DNA from: a virus
Lineage: Duplodnaviria; Caudoviricetes
IMG/VR virus record: IMGVR_UViG_3300020432_000004
Length of the DNA stretch: 64,000 bases
Direction: 5' to 3' (one strand)
The translations under genes and the position numbers were made by a program. The notes beneath the pieces were generated by a model. It was not told the origin of the DNA. It saw only the letters and a list, made by a program, of their open reading frames with translations, and did no database searches. Each line of letters starts with the position of its first letter. Position 1 is the first letter of the stretch. Shown one piece after another: positions 40,576-50,505 of the stretch.

Positions 40576-41124
40576 ATGGCAAACTGGTATAAAGAACAGC
40601 TTACGAACAAGAACTTTTTGTCTCCAATAGGATTTGTATTTCTATTAGATAAGGCAAGGAAGACTTCTTTCCTATGTCAGAAAGCAAACCTACCTACAAT
40701 GGTATTAGGTGATGTCAATATTCCTACAGCAGGTTTCGTTCCTATTCCTGTAGAAGGTAATATACAGTATCAAGATTTAAGTATTGAGTTTATAGTTGAC
40801 GAAGATTTAAGAAATTATATGGAACTCCATAACTGGATGAGAGCATTAGGAACACCTCAAAGTCGTGGAGAAAGAAATCAATGGCAAGTACAATGGGAAG
40901 ATCATCCTACAGAAGATGGTAGATTCTCAGATGCTACTCTACAGGTATTGAACAATAACAACCTTGCTAATTTTGATATAGTATTTAAGTCACTATTTCC
41001 TACATCATTAAGTTCTCTACCATTTGATGTCACATCTGGTGACAATAACTACCTAACTGCTACCGCAACATTTAGATACATATTATATGAAATCAGAAAT
41101 GTCAACACCACCGACAGACGTTGA
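40576..41124 (+). CDS. gp3: Tail completion protein gp3
   Basis: NKNFLSPIGF, FIVDEDLRNYMELHNWM, SDATL, FPTSLS. Confidence 0.9.
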   Translation: MANWYKEQLTNKNFLSPIGFVFLLDKARKTSFLCQKANLPTMVLGDVNIPTAGFVPIPVEGNIQYQDLSIEFIVDEDLRNYMELHNWMRALGTPQSRGERNQWQVQWEDHPTEDGRFSDATLQVLNNNNLANFDIVFKSLFPTSLSSLPFDVTSGDNNYLTATATFRYILYEIRNVNTTDRR

Positions 41125-41543
41125 TGCCCAAAATAAAGTTTGAAAAAACATTGCTTATCGGATCAGGTAAAATTACTTGGTATCAGAAGGCAGAAAGGTG
41201 GGTAAGAAGAAAATTTAAGAATCCTTTTACGCAGCATCTCCTATTAGGTATTATCAAATACTTGCAAACGCAATGGATTAATGCTAAGATATATAATACT
41301 ATGAAGGATGTCGATGCAGACATTGAAAAAATCCAATCCCAATGGGAAGAAAATGACCAACAAACAAGACACAACATCGTGGAGACAGGAGTATTTGGAG
41401 ATGAAAACTGGTCTATCCAAATTACAAACCCAGTTGTTGAAAGAGGGTCCGAAGCAACTAGCACAGGCATGGTTACTGGGAGCGATGCATCAGGACTACG
41501 ACAGGATGAAGGGGATCAAGAGGAATTACCCGAAAGAAAATAA
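41124..41543 (+). CDS. Hypothetical protein
   Basis: ATG overlaps the gp3 stop (TGATG); its 3' half overlaps the next ORF. Confidence 0.55.
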   Translation: MPKIKFEKTLLIGSGKITWYQKAERWVRRKFKNPFTQHLLLGIIKYLQTQWINAKIYNTMKDVDADIEKIQSQWEENDQQTRHNIVETGVFGDENWSIQITNPVVERGSEATSTGMVTGSDASGLRQDEGDQEELPERK

Positions 41544-41604
41544 AGGACAAATGCAATCCTCATTGAAGGAATATCTACAAAGTCAAAAAGATCAAGGCAT
41601 TTAA
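41353..41604 (+). CDS. Small helical hypothetical protein (WRQEYLEMK...GPKQLAQAWLLGAMH)
   Basis: Protein-like sequence recalled from cyanophage/picocyanobacterial hypotheticals; ends 2 nt before uvsY. Confidence 0.65.
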   Translation: MTNKQDTTSWRQEYLEMKTGLSKLQTQLLKEGPKQLAQAWLLGAMHQDYDRMKGIKRNYPKENKGQMQSSLKEYLQSQKDQGI

Positions 41605-41606
41605 TT

Positions 41607-42035
41607 ATGAATCTAGAGGCATTACAGGAACAGTGGAAATCTGATTCTGTTATTGATCCTGAGAAATATGGTGAGGAGTCTACTAGGATTCCTCAACTTC
41701 ACTTGCGGTACATGGAAATATACAACACGTATGCCTTGATGAAGAAAGAAAGACAGAGTGAATATAGAAAGATGGTAAGGGAAAAATGGATATACTATAA
41801 AGGTAAAGCACCTGCACAAAAATATAAAGAACTTCCTTTTGACTTTAAACTTATGACTAAGGAGGAAGTCAATATGTTCATCGAGTCTGACGATGACATA
41901 CAAAAATTACAATTAAAAATAGACTATATAGATCAAGTGCTCTTCTTTTTAGATGGTGTCTTGAAGCAAATTGGAAGTCGTAACTTTCAAATCAAAAATG
42001 CTATTGAGTGGGAGAGGTTTCAAAGTGGCATGTGA
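41607..42035 (+). CDS. uvsY: Recombination mediator UvsY
   Basis: W..DS.ID, IPQLH..Y, YYKGKA, R.FQIKNAIEW.RF..G. Confidence 0.92.
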   Translation: MNLEALQEQWKSDSVIDPEKYGEESTRIPQLHLRYMEIYNTYALMKKERQSEYRKMVREKWIYYKGKAPAQKYKELPFDFKLMTKEEVNMFIESDDDIQKLQLKIDYIDQVLFFLDGVLKQIGSRNFQIKNAIEWERFQSGM

Positions 42036-42038
42036 TCT

Positions 42039-43493
42039 ATGGATCTTACAATCCGAAAGAAGAATGAAGTATATTTAAAAGTTGACGCTGAACCATCTAC
42101 CCATCAAGAACTAGCAGATTTTTTTACCTTTGAGGTTGACAATGCAAAGTATATGCAGAAGAACCGAAGGTATAAAGGTTGGGATGGGAAAGTAAGATTA
42201 TATTCTCCTGCTACTGGGGAGATATACTGCGGTCTATATTCATATCTAATAGATTGGTGTCAGAAAAAGAAGTATTCATATCATACTGAAAAGCACGAAC
42301 ATTTTGGTCTCCCTTTGGAAGAGAACGATCTAATAACTCCTGAGGCTGTAACTGGCTTCGTTCGGGCACTTTCTCTTCCTGTAAAAGTACGCGATTACCA
42401 ACTGAAAGCAATATACGAATGCCTGAGATACAACAGACGAGTCCTATTGTCGCCAACTGCCAGTGGGAAATCCTTGATGATCTATTCATTGGTTAGGTTT
42501 CATGTAAATGTTGATCGTCCAGTTCTTATTGTAGTTCCTACTACTTCTCTTGTAGAACAAATGTATAAAGACTTTGAGGAGTATGGATGGAAAGCATCAG
42601 CATACTGTCATAAGATATACGGTGGAGAAGAAAAATATACAGATAAACCAGTTGTAATTACTACTTGGCAATCCATATACAAGGAACCACGTAAATGGTT
42701 TGAACGCTTTGATGTTATTATAGGCGATGAAGCACATTTATTCAAGGCTAAATCTCTAACAAGATTAATGTCTAAGTTACATGACTGTAAGTATAGGTAT
42801 GGTTTTACTGGGACACTGGATGGAACTAACGTAAATCAATTAGTATTAGAAGGTGTTTTTGGTAAATGTTCTAAAGTAACTAAGACTGAAACACTGATGA
42901 AGAAAGGACATCTTGCTCAGTTAAAAATAAAAATTTTATTGTTGAAACATGAAGAGAAACTATTTGAAGGATATCAAGATGAGATAGAGTACCTGACCGA
43001 ACATGAAAACCGTAATAAATTTATCCGAAATCTAGCGTGTGACCTAGAAGGTAATACACTAGTGCTCTTTAATTACGTAGAAAAACATGGTCTACCTTTA
43101 CATGAATTGATAAATAGCTATACAGATAAGTCTGTATACTTAGTTCATGGTGGTGTTGAGACAGAAGATAGAGAAGAGATTAGATGGTTGACTGAAAGGT
43201 CTAGCAATTCTATTATCGTTGCATCGTTAGGAACATTCTCTACTGGTATCAATATCAAAAACCTACACAATGTTATTTTTGCATCACCTTCTAAATCAAG
43301 AATACGTAACCTTCAGTCGATAGGTCGTGTATTGAGGAAGGGAGAGAATAAATCGAAAGCAACTCTTTATGATATAGCTGATGACATTTCTACGGATACA
43401 GGAAAGAACTATACTCTCCGACATCTATATGAAAGGATCAAAATATATAATGAAGAGAACTTTAATTATGAAGTTGTAGAAATTACTATCTAA
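42039..43493 (+). CDS. uvsW: SF2 DNA helicase UvsW
   Basis: WDGKVRL, RDYQ, SPTASGKS, GDEAH, GFTGT, FSTGINI, QSIGRVLR. Confidence 0.96.
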   Translation: MDLTIRKKNEVYLKVDAEPSTHQELADFFTFEVDNAKYMQKNRRYKGWDGKVRLYSPATGEIYCGLYSYLIDWCQKKKYSYHTEKHEHFGLPLEENDLITPEAVTGFVRALSLPVKVRDYQLKAIYECLRYNRRVLLSPTASGKSLMIYSLVRFHVNVDRPVLIVVPTTSLVEQMYKDFEEYGWKASAYCHKIYGGEEKYTDKPVVITTWQSIYKEPRKWFERFDVIIGDEAHLFKAKSLTRLMSKLHDCKYRYGFTGTLDGTNVNQLVLEGVFGKCSKVTKTETLMKKGHLAQLKIKILLLKHEEKLFEGYQDEIEYLTEHENRNKFIRNLACDLEGNTLVLFNYVEKHGLPLHELINSYTDKSVYLVHGGVETEDREEIRWLTERSSNSIIVASLGTFSTGINIKNLHNVIFASPSKSRIRNLQSIGRVLRKGENKSKATLYDIADDISTDTGKNYTLRHLYERIKIYNEENFNYEVVEITI

Positions 43494-43494
43494 C

Positions 43495-43938
43495 ATGGCA
43501 ATCAATTACGCAAAGCATGAAGAGGAGTTCTACGGAGTTTTCAAACTCGTGAGTGGAGAGGAAGTACTTGGTCGAGCAGTTTTAACAGAAGATCAAGGAG
43601 AGTCTCTAGTTTTTATTCAAGAACCAGTTTGTATACAATTCATAGACAAAGAAATAAATGAAAAGAAACTAGCACGTGCTATTGGGTTTTCCAAATGGCA
43701 ACAGTTATCTGATGAAGATTTTTATATTATAAGAGAGAAAGATATTATTACTGTTTCATCTATGAATAAAGAAGTTATTTTCATGTATGAAGCATACGTC
43801 CACGGTGCCGACGGTTTTGGGAAACCTAGACCACAAATGAAAACAGACCTCAGTAAAACTTCTGGTTACGTAGGTAGGATTGATGAGGCAAGAAAGAAGT
43901 TTGAAAAGATCTTTAAAGACTCTACAGAATCCCCTTGA
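43495..43938 (+). CDS. Conserved T4-like phage hypothetical protein (Sm-like fold suspected)
   Basis: KLVSGEEVLG motif; usual position between uvsW and gp55. Confidence 0.6.
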   Translation: MAINYAKHEEEFYGVFKLVSGEEVLGRAVLTEDQGESLVFIQEPVCIQFIDKEINEKKLARAIGFSKWQQLSDEDFYIIREKDIITVSSMNKEVIFMYEAYVHGADGFGKPRPQMKTDLSKTSGYVGRIDEARKKFEKIFKDSTESP

Positions 43939-43952
43939 ACCCTTACATGGTT

Positions 43953-43981
43953 ATTGTAGTGGTATTTGACACCTTTGTCAA
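43953..43981 (-). promoter_or_regulatory. Overlapping antisense sigma70 promoter
   Basis: Minus strand TTGACA(43981-76)-17 nt-TACAAT(43958-53). Confidence 0.6.
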
Positions 43982-43994
43982 GCCCTGCTATAAT
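43966..43994 (+). promoter_or_regulatory. Consensus sigma70 promoter of gp55
   Basis: TTGACA(43966-71)-17 nt-TATAAT(43989-94). Confidence 0.85.
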
Positions 43995-44017
43995 AAATCT
44001 ATTGTCGGAGGACAAAT

Positions 44018-44491
44018 ATGAGGAAGGCGAATCCCAAAAAGAAGCAGCACTACGTTGATAACGCTGAGTTTTTAAACCAGATTATCAAATATAAAAGAAA
44101 AGTCAAGGAAGCGGAAGAATCTGGCAAAGCCAAACCCCGCGTGAACAATTATATAGGAGGGTGTTTTTTAAAGATAGCTACCCACCTATCGTACAGACCG
44201 AACTTCATCAACTACATGTATAAAGATGACATGGTATGTGATGGGATAGAGAACTGTATCCAATACATTGATAACTTTGATCCAGAAAAATCTAGAAATC
44301 CTTTTGCCTATTTTACACAGATAGTTTACTATGCCTTCCTTCGTAGAATTGCCAAAGAGAAAAGACAGATGGATATAAAGGAAAAGATATTAGAGAAGTC
44401 TGGTTACGAACATGTATTCTCAGTTGACGGAGAAGCAAGTGCAGACTATAATCAAATTAAGTCTCGTGTGGAGATGAATACTAAACGATGA
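44018..44491 (+). CDS. gp55: Late-transcription sigma factor gp55
   Basis: HYVDN.EFL, YIGGCFLKIATHLSYRPNFINY, NPFAYFTQIVYYAFLRRI.KEK. Confidence 0.97.
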   Translation: MRKANPKKKQHYVDNAEFLNQIIKYKRKVKEAEESGKAKPRVNNYIGGCFLKIATHLSYRPNFINYMYKDDMVCDGIENCIQYIDNFDPEKSRNPFAYFTQIVYYAFLRRIAKEKRQMDIKEKILEKSGYEHVFSVDGEASADYNQIKSRVEMNTKR

Positions 44492-45522
44492 AGATATTAT
44501 TAATAACTGATCAACACTTTGGTGTTCGTAATGACAACGTGTACTTTATAGAACATTATAAAAAATTCTATGGTCAAATAGTCATACCATTTATAGAAAA
44601 ACTTGGTATCAAAGAGATTATTAATCTAGGTGACACGTTTGATAAACGTAGATCAATAAACTATATGTCTCTTGATGAAGCAAAGTCAATGTGGTTTGAT
44701 CCTATTACAGAACTAGGATGTCATATGACTAGTCTAGTAGGTAACCATGACATATATTATAAGAATACACTTAGGATAAATGCTCCAACAGAACTATTAG
44801 GAGAGTACGAAAACTTTGATACAGTAGATAAACCAACTACTCTTAACTATGATGGGTTAGATATCCTTATGCTACCTTGGATATGTGAAGATAACTATGA
44901 TAAAACTCTTAGAGTAATTACTGAGAGTGAAGCACCTGTGTGTATGGGTCATCTAGAACTCAATGGTTTTGAAGCACATCCTGGTCATGTAATGCAGACA
45001 GGAACTGACATGTATATATTCCAGAAATTTAAAAAGGTATTTTCTGGACACTATCATACTAAATCTAATATGGATAATTGTTATTATCTTGGCAACCCTT
45101 ACCAATTATACTGGAGTGATTATGGAGCAAGAAGAGGATTCCATGTCTTCGACACAGAAACTTTACGAACTACTTTTTACAGAAATCCCTTTGACACTTT
45201 TCATAAGTTGTATTATAATAATAAATTGGAGCCATTGGATGAGAAAAGTCTGGAAGGAACATTCGTCAAACTCATAGTAGAAGACAAAGGTGACTATGCT
45301 AGATTCGATTACAATGTGCGAAAACTTCAAGATATAGGTCTTGCAGATCTTAAAATTGTAGAAGACCTTAGTGTCAATCTTGAGGAAGGTGATGCTACCA
45401 TAGAAACTGAAGACACTTTAACTTTACTTGATAACTACATAGATGAAATAGATATCAAAGTAAATAAAGATAATGTCAAATCAGTTATGAGATCACTTTA
45501 CATGGAGGCAGCAGAACTATAG
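44488..45522 (+). CDS. gp47: Recombination endonuclease gp47 (Mre11/SbcD-like)
   Basis: TDQHFG, LGDTFD, GNHD, GHLELNGF, SGHYH, YLGNP. Confidence 0.96.
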   Translation: MKILLITDQHFGVRNDNVYFIEHYKKFYGQIVIPFIEKLGIKEIINLGDTFDKRRSINYMSLDEAKSMWFDPITELGCHMTSLVGNHDIYYKNTLRINAPTELLGEYENFDTVDKPTTLNYDGLDILMLPWICEDNYDKTLRVITESEAPVCMGHLELNGFEAHPGHVMQTGTDMYIFQKFKKVFSGHYHTKSNMDNCYYLGNPYQLYWSDYGARRGFHVFDTETLRTTFYRNPFDTFHKLYYNNKLEPLDEKSLEGTFVKLIVEDKGDYARFDYNVRKLQDIGLADLKIVEDLSVNLEEGDATIETEDTLTLLDNYIDEIDIKVNKDNVKSVMRSLYMEAAEL

Positions 45523-45773
45523 TGTTCGTATTGACAACTGGAAAAAAAGGTGGTGTATGGTCTGTTATGAATGACAAGAACAAAAAGACTGTACATTGTT
45601 TTGAAGAAAGAGAAGATGCTGAAAGGTATCTCTATCTTCTTGAAGCAGATGACGTTACAGACTTAACAGTCATGGAAGTTGATCCAGATATAGTTGCCCT
45701 AAACTGTGACAATTTTGGTTATAATTATACTATTGTCACTCCAGATGATTTTATAGTTCCCCCTAAAAAATGA
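45522..45773 (+). CDS. DUF3110-like small protein
   Basis: FEEREDAERY..LLEADD ... DFIVPP. Confidence 0.65.
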   Translation: MFVLTTGKKGGVWSVMNDKNKKTVHCFEEREDAERYLYLLEADDVTDLTVMEVDPDIVALNCDNFGYNYTIVTPDDFIVPPKK

Positions 45774-47491
45774 TTACATTTGAAACTTTGAAGTGGAAGA
45801 ACTTTCTTTCCACAGGTGATCAGTGGATTGAGATGAACCTCAATACAACTACATCTACATTAATCGTAGGTGCAAATGGTGCAGGTAAATCTACTATGTT
45901 AGATGCATTGACATTTGCTTTGTTTAACAAACCGTTTAGGAAAATTTCTAAAGGTCAACTGGTAAATAGTATCAACGAAAAAGGAACTAAAGTCGAACTG
46001 ACATTTACTATAGGGAGGGATGAGTACCGTGTATTCAGAGGAATTAAACCTACTACGTTCGAGGTTTATAGGAACAATAAGTCACTTGATCAGGATGCTG
46101 CAACTAAAGACATGCAGAAATACCTCGAACAAAGCATTCTCAAACTCAACTTCAAGTCCTTTACACAAGTCGTCATCTTGGGTTCATCCACATTTGTCCC
46201 CTTCATGCAACTCAAAGCACCTCACAGGAGAGAAGTTATCGAAGATCTACTCGACATCCAGATCTTCTCACAAATGAATCAACTCCTTAAGGATAGAGTT
46301 CGTGCTGCTAATATAAAAGATAAAGACTGCACACATATGGTAATGTTGGCAGAAGAGAAAGTAACATCACAAGAGAAGTTAATAGACTCATTGAAAGAAG
46401 TTAATGATGAATTAAAAGAAACTCAACTAAAAAAATTAAATACAAAGAACCTCCAGATCTTAGATATATGCAAGGACAAAGAGGAGATTGAAAAACAATT
46501 AGAAACATCAAAGGACGTATTAAAAGACTTTGATAGTCATAAGAAATCACTACAAGAGTTAAGGTCTACTGAATCTGATATCAAATCAGAACTAAGGAGA
46601 GTCACTAAAGAAACAAAATTCTTTAAGAACAATGATACATGCCCTACATGTACTCAGGTTATCAATCCAGATTTTAAAAAGGATAAGGTAGATATTCTAA
46701 CAAAGGATGGTGTATCTCTTACAAAGAAAACAAACGAATTTAAAGAACAGATTTCTACTCTTGTAGAAACTATACAGGAACTAGAAACTATATCTGAAGA
46801 GGTATATCAACTTCGTAGTCAGGTATCATCTTATGATAGAGACATTATTCGTTTAGAAAAAGATGTACTTACTATTGAAAAGGAATTAGATAAGTTAGCA
46901 CATGATACTCCTAACATTGATAAGGAGAATCATATACTAAAGTCTCTTGAATCAGATCTAGAAGATGTCAGAGACAAGTGTGGTAAGGTATCAGAAGAAC
47001 TAGATGAGTTCAAAGTCGTTGCTAATTTACTGAGAGACTCTGGTATCAAAGCAAAAATTATTAGAAAGTATGTGCCTGTATTCAATACATTGATTAATAA
47101 ATATCTGCACAGTATGGATACCTACTTTAACTTTACTCTTGATGAAGAGTTTAATGAAGTTATTAAGAGTAGGTTTAGAGATGAGTTTAGTTACTCATCA
47201 TTCTCAGAAGGTGAGAAACAAAAGATTGACTTAGCACTTCTCTTTACTTGGAGAGAGGTAGCACGTATGAAGAACTCAGCAGCAACTAATCTGTTGATTC
47301 TTGATGAAGTATTTGATAGTTCTCTTGATGCTGCTGCAACAAATGATCTAATCAGTATACTTTTAAAACTAGGTGCTGACACAAATTTATTTGTGATATC
47401 ACATAAAGGTGAAATTCTTATGGATAAATTCAAACGAACTTTATCCTTTGAAAAGATAAATGATTTTAGTAAAATGGTGGATGATGCTTAA
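45770..47491 (+). CDS. gp46: Recombination ATPase gp46 (Rad50/SbcC-like)
   Basis: WKNFLSTG, GANGAGKST, CPTC zinc hook, FSEGEK, LILDEVFDSSLD, ISH. Confidence 0.97.
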   Translation: MITFETLKWKNFLSTGDQWIEMNLNTTTSTLIVGANGAGKSTMLDALTFALFNKPFRKISKGQLVNSINEKGTKVELTFTIGRDEYRVFRGIKPTTFEVYRNNKSLDQDAATKDMQKYLEQSILKLNFKSFTQVVILGSSTFVPFMQLKAPHRREVIEDLLDIQIFSQMNQLLKDRVRAANIKDKDCTHMVMLAEEKVTSQEKLIDSLKEVNDELKETQLKKLNTKNLQILDICKDKEEIEKQLETSKDVLKDFDSHKKSLQELRSTESDIKSELRRVTKETKFFKNNDTCPTCTQVINPDFKKDKVDILTKDGVSLTKKTNEFKEQISTLVETIQELETISEEVYQLRSQVSSYDRDIIRLEKDVLTIEKELDKLAHDTPNIDKENHILKSLESDLEDVRDKCGKVSEELDEFKVVANLLRDSGIKAKIIRKYVPVFNTLINKYLHSMDTYFNFTLDEEFNEVIKSRFRDEFSYSSFSEGEKQKIDLALLFTWREVARMKNSAATNLLILDEVFDSSLDAAATNDLISILLKLGADTNLFVISHKGEILMDKFKRTLSFEKINDFSKMVDDA

Positions 47492-47726
47492 AGTTTGGAA
47501 AATATGGAAGTACTCATTAGGATCTTTTAATGATGAAACAACGAAGGAATATGATAATGCTGTGGTCGTTGTTCGATCTGTTATCTGTGCTTGTTATCTC
47601 ATTACTAATTGTTTTATTGTATCAGGGGTGATACGACATTGGAATGCCAATCAGAAAAGTGGCACACAAGTGGTCGCACCTGTTGACAGTTCCGCTATAA
47701 TAAAGACATCTAAGGAACAGCAATGA
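47481..47726 (+). CDS. Small membrane hypothetical protein
   Basis: WKIWKYSLGSF.D...YDN...TN.FIVSGVIRHW; one TM segment. Confidence 0.65.
   Translation: MMLKVWKIWKYSLGSFNDETTKEYDNAVVVVRSVICACYLITNCFIVSGVIRHWNANQKSGTQVVAPVDSSAIIKTSKEQQ
47645..47701 (+). promoter_or_regulatory. Early-type promoter with upstream inverted repeat
   Basis: TGCCAATCAGAAAAGTGGCA palindrome; TATAAT at 47696-47701; -35 is weak. Confidence 0.6.
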
Positions 47727-49885
47727 ACATCAATCAAGAAGTCAAAGGAACACTCGCTAGACTACTAGCAACAGAAAACCTTACAGTAGAGCATCGTAAG
47801 GTAAGCACAGCATACTTCGATACAGAGAAGCGTCTACTATGTCTTCCTATCTGGAAGAATGCTTCTAACACAGTATACGATCTTCTAGTAGGTCATGAGG
47901 TAGGACATGCATTATACACACCTAACGAAAGACCAGAGAATGTTAACAAGTCATTCCTTAATGTTCTAGAGGATGTAAGAATCGAGAAGTTGATGAGAGC
48001 AGCATATCCAGGTCTTAAGAAAACTTTCTTCAATGGATATGCAGAGTTATGGAAGGATGACTTCTTTGGTGTTGCTAACGAAGATGTAAATGAGATTGCT
48101 TTTATTGATCGTATCAATCTATTCTACAAAGGTTGCTATGACATGGAGTTCACTGATGAAGAGAGAGTATATGTAGAACGTGCAGGTGCAACAAAAACTT
48201 TTGATGAAGTTGTAGAACTAGCAATCGAACTATATGGTTTGATGGAAGAGAAAGATCTAGAGAAACTTGCATCATTACCTAACGAAGGAAATGACATGGA
48301 CTTTGATCTAGATGACTTTGAATTGACTCCATCTCAATCAGACAATCAAGGTGAAGAGCAGAGAATTGACTCTAAGAAACCTGCTCAGTCAGACTCTAAT
48401 CCAGAAGATGAGGGAGATGAAGATGAGCAAGATGCACCACTACCTTCTACTATGGGTGGAGATACAGGTACTGTTGAGACAGAAGCAAAAACAGATGCAG
48501 CATTTATAGAAGCATTAGATTCATTAATTGATGAGGATGCTAAAGAGTGGGTTTACTTAGACTTACCAAAGATCGACTTAGACAAATTCATCATACCTTC
48601 TAAGCAAATTACAGAGACACTATACTATCACTTCAACGGTAGAGCAATGTCTTCAAGCGACGAATATAACTGGTATATGGAGCAACTTAACTATGGAATC
48701 AAAAAGTATCTTGATTTCAAAAAGTCAGCATCTAAAACTGTAAACTATCTTGTAAAACAGTTTGAAATGAAGAAGTCTGCAGAGAACTACAAGAGACAGG
48801 CAACTTCTAAGACAGGTGTTATCAATACAAATGCACTTCACAAGTACAAGTTAACAGATGATATCTTTAAGAAAATCACTGTTGTTCCAGATGGTAAGAA
48901 TCATGGTCTTGTAATGTATCTTGACTGGTCTGGTTCTATGTCTTGGACTATCCTTGATACACTTAAGCAAGTATACAATCTAGTTTGGTTCTGCAAAAAA
49001 GTAAACATTCCATTCAGAGTATACGGATTTGCTAGTGGTTTCAAAGGTGGTAGAGGTTACTACTATCATGGTAATGATCATACTCATCCATGCATGACAC
49101 CAAAAGAAAATCAGTTAGCGATTGGTGATGATGTAGATTTACTAGAGTTCTTATCTTCTAGACAACGCACTAGAGATCTTGAAGAGTCAATGAAGTATCT
49201 CTTCCTACAGTGCCAAAGTTTCCATAACTCACAGTTAGGATATTGTCATGAGTATAGTTTAGGTGGAACTCCATTAGCAGAAGCACTATATGCTTCACGT
49301 CAAATTGTTGACAGACTAAAGAGAGAAGAGAAAGTATCTAAAGTAAATGTTATCTGTCTAACTGATGGCGAAGCACAACCAATGAACTTCACTGCTAAGT
49401 CAACTTATGAGCACAACGAAGGTCAGTGGTATGCAAAGAGTCTAGCAACTACTTATGGTAAAGTTTACTTCTTACGTGATAGAACAACTGGTTACACTAA
49501 GAAAATAGATACTTGCTCAAGTGCTACTACATCAGGTATCGTAGGTTTCCTTAGAGAAATTACTGATTACAACTGGGTAGGTATTCGTCTATGCAACAAA
49601 GGTGATGCAAATCGTATGTTCAGACAGTACGCTATGGCAGACTATGAGAAACTAGATAAGCAATGGAGAAAAGAAAGATGGGCATCTATCAAGAATGACT
49701 GTGGATTTACTGAAGCATTCTTTATGCCTGACAGAGGTAACGGAGAAGGAACTCAGGATATCGAAGTCAAGCAAAAGAGTGAGGTTGCTACTAAGGCAGA
49801 ACTACAACGTGCATTCAAAAAGCACATGGGTTCTAAGATGACTAACAAGACAATCCTCAACGCATTCATCAATCAAATAGCATGA
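47723..49885 (+). CDS. CobT-like protein: N-terminal HEXXH metallopeptidase-like domain, acidic linker, VWA domain
   Basis: HEVGHAL, NVLEDVRIE, MIDAS DWSGSM...GGTPL...LTDG. Confidence 0.85.
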   Translation: MNINQEVKGTLARLLATENLTVEHRKVSTAYFDTEKRLLCLPIWKNASNTVYDLLVGHEVGHALYTPNERPENVNKSFLNVLEDVRIEKLMRAAYPGLKKTFFNGYAELWKDDFFGVANEDVNEIAFIDRINLFYKGCYDMEFTDEERVYVERAGATKTFDEVVELAIELYGLMEEKDLEKLASLPNEGNDMDFDLDDFELTPSQSDNQGEEQRIDSKKPAQSDSNPEDEGDEDEQDAPLPSTMGGDTGTVETEAKTDAAFIEALDSLIDEDAKEWVYLDLPKIDLDKFIIPSKQITETLYYHFNGRAMSSSDEYNWYMEQLNYGIKKYLDFKKSASKTVNYLVKQFEMKKSAENYKRQATSKTGVINTNALHKYKLTDDIFKKITVVPDGKNHGLVMYLDWSGSMSWTILDTLKQVYNLVWFCKKVNIPFRVYGFASGFKGGRGYYYHGNDHTHPCMTPKENQLAIGDDVDLLEFLSSRQRTRDLEESMKYLFLQCQSFHNSQLGYCHEYSLGGTPLAEALYASRQIVDRLKREEKVSKVNVICLTDGEAQPMNFTAKSTYEHNEGQWYAKSLATTYGKVYFLRDRTTGYTKKIDTCSSATTSGIVGFLREITDYNWVGIRLCNKGDANRMFRQYAMADYEKLDKQWRKERWASIKNDCGFTEAFFMPDRGNGEGTQDIEVKQKSEVATKAELQRAFKKHMGSKMTNKTILNAFINQIA

Positions 49886-50505
49886 GTCTCTGGAAAAATT
49901 ATCAGGAAGCGGTTTTTGAAACGTTTCCTGATTTGACATTTGAAAAACAACATGTTCACTGGATCAATGACAGGGGAGTAAACCTCACTGCTGACTTGTA
50001 TTCTGGTAAACATTTTATTAAGTCTAGGCATGTTGATATATGGGATGACAAACTAAACATTCATAACAATGTAATCTATCCTAAGACAGGACATAACCTT
50101 CCCTGTTTTGGTATGGATCTCATGGGGTTCTTTGAAAAGAAAGTCATCATAGTATTTGACTTCCAACATCCTGTAGAAAAATATCTAATGTCTGTACCTG
50201 AGTTACCAAAAGCAGAAGGAACATATAGATTCTTTGAACCTGGTAATCATTTCTCTGAAAATATATTTGTTAGGTATTGCACTATGTCTGAGGTAGATGA
50301 TTATCTTCCTGACTTTAAAAAATATCTATCGGTATATAAAAGTATGTTAGATGAAGCACAACCCACAGGAGAGGATACTAGTTGCTATAATGATTTTGAT
50401 AAGTATATGATAAGACTTGACCCTATCTCAGGATATCTAGGTAGTGCCTTTGGTAAAGAAGAATCAGATAAACTAATCAAGGAGTTCTTTTTCAGTTATG
50501 CATAA
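49882..50505 (+). CDS. pebS: Phycoerythrobilin synthase (ferredoxin-dependent bilin reductase)
   Basis: IHNNVIYPKTGHNLPCFGMDLM, IIVFDFQHP, RFFEPGNHFS, LDPISGYL (both catalytic Asp motifs present). Confidence 0.9.
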   Translation: MSLWKNYQEAVFETFPDLTFEKQHVHWINDRGVNLTADLYSGKHFIKSRHVDIWDDKLNIHNNVIYPKTGHNLPCFGMDLMGFFEKKVIIVFDFQHPVEKYLMSVPELPKAEGTYRFFEPGNHFSENIFVRYCTMSEVDDYLPDFKKYLSVYKSMLDEAQPTGEDTSCYNDFDKYMIRLDPISGYLGSAFGKEESDKLIKEFFFSYA

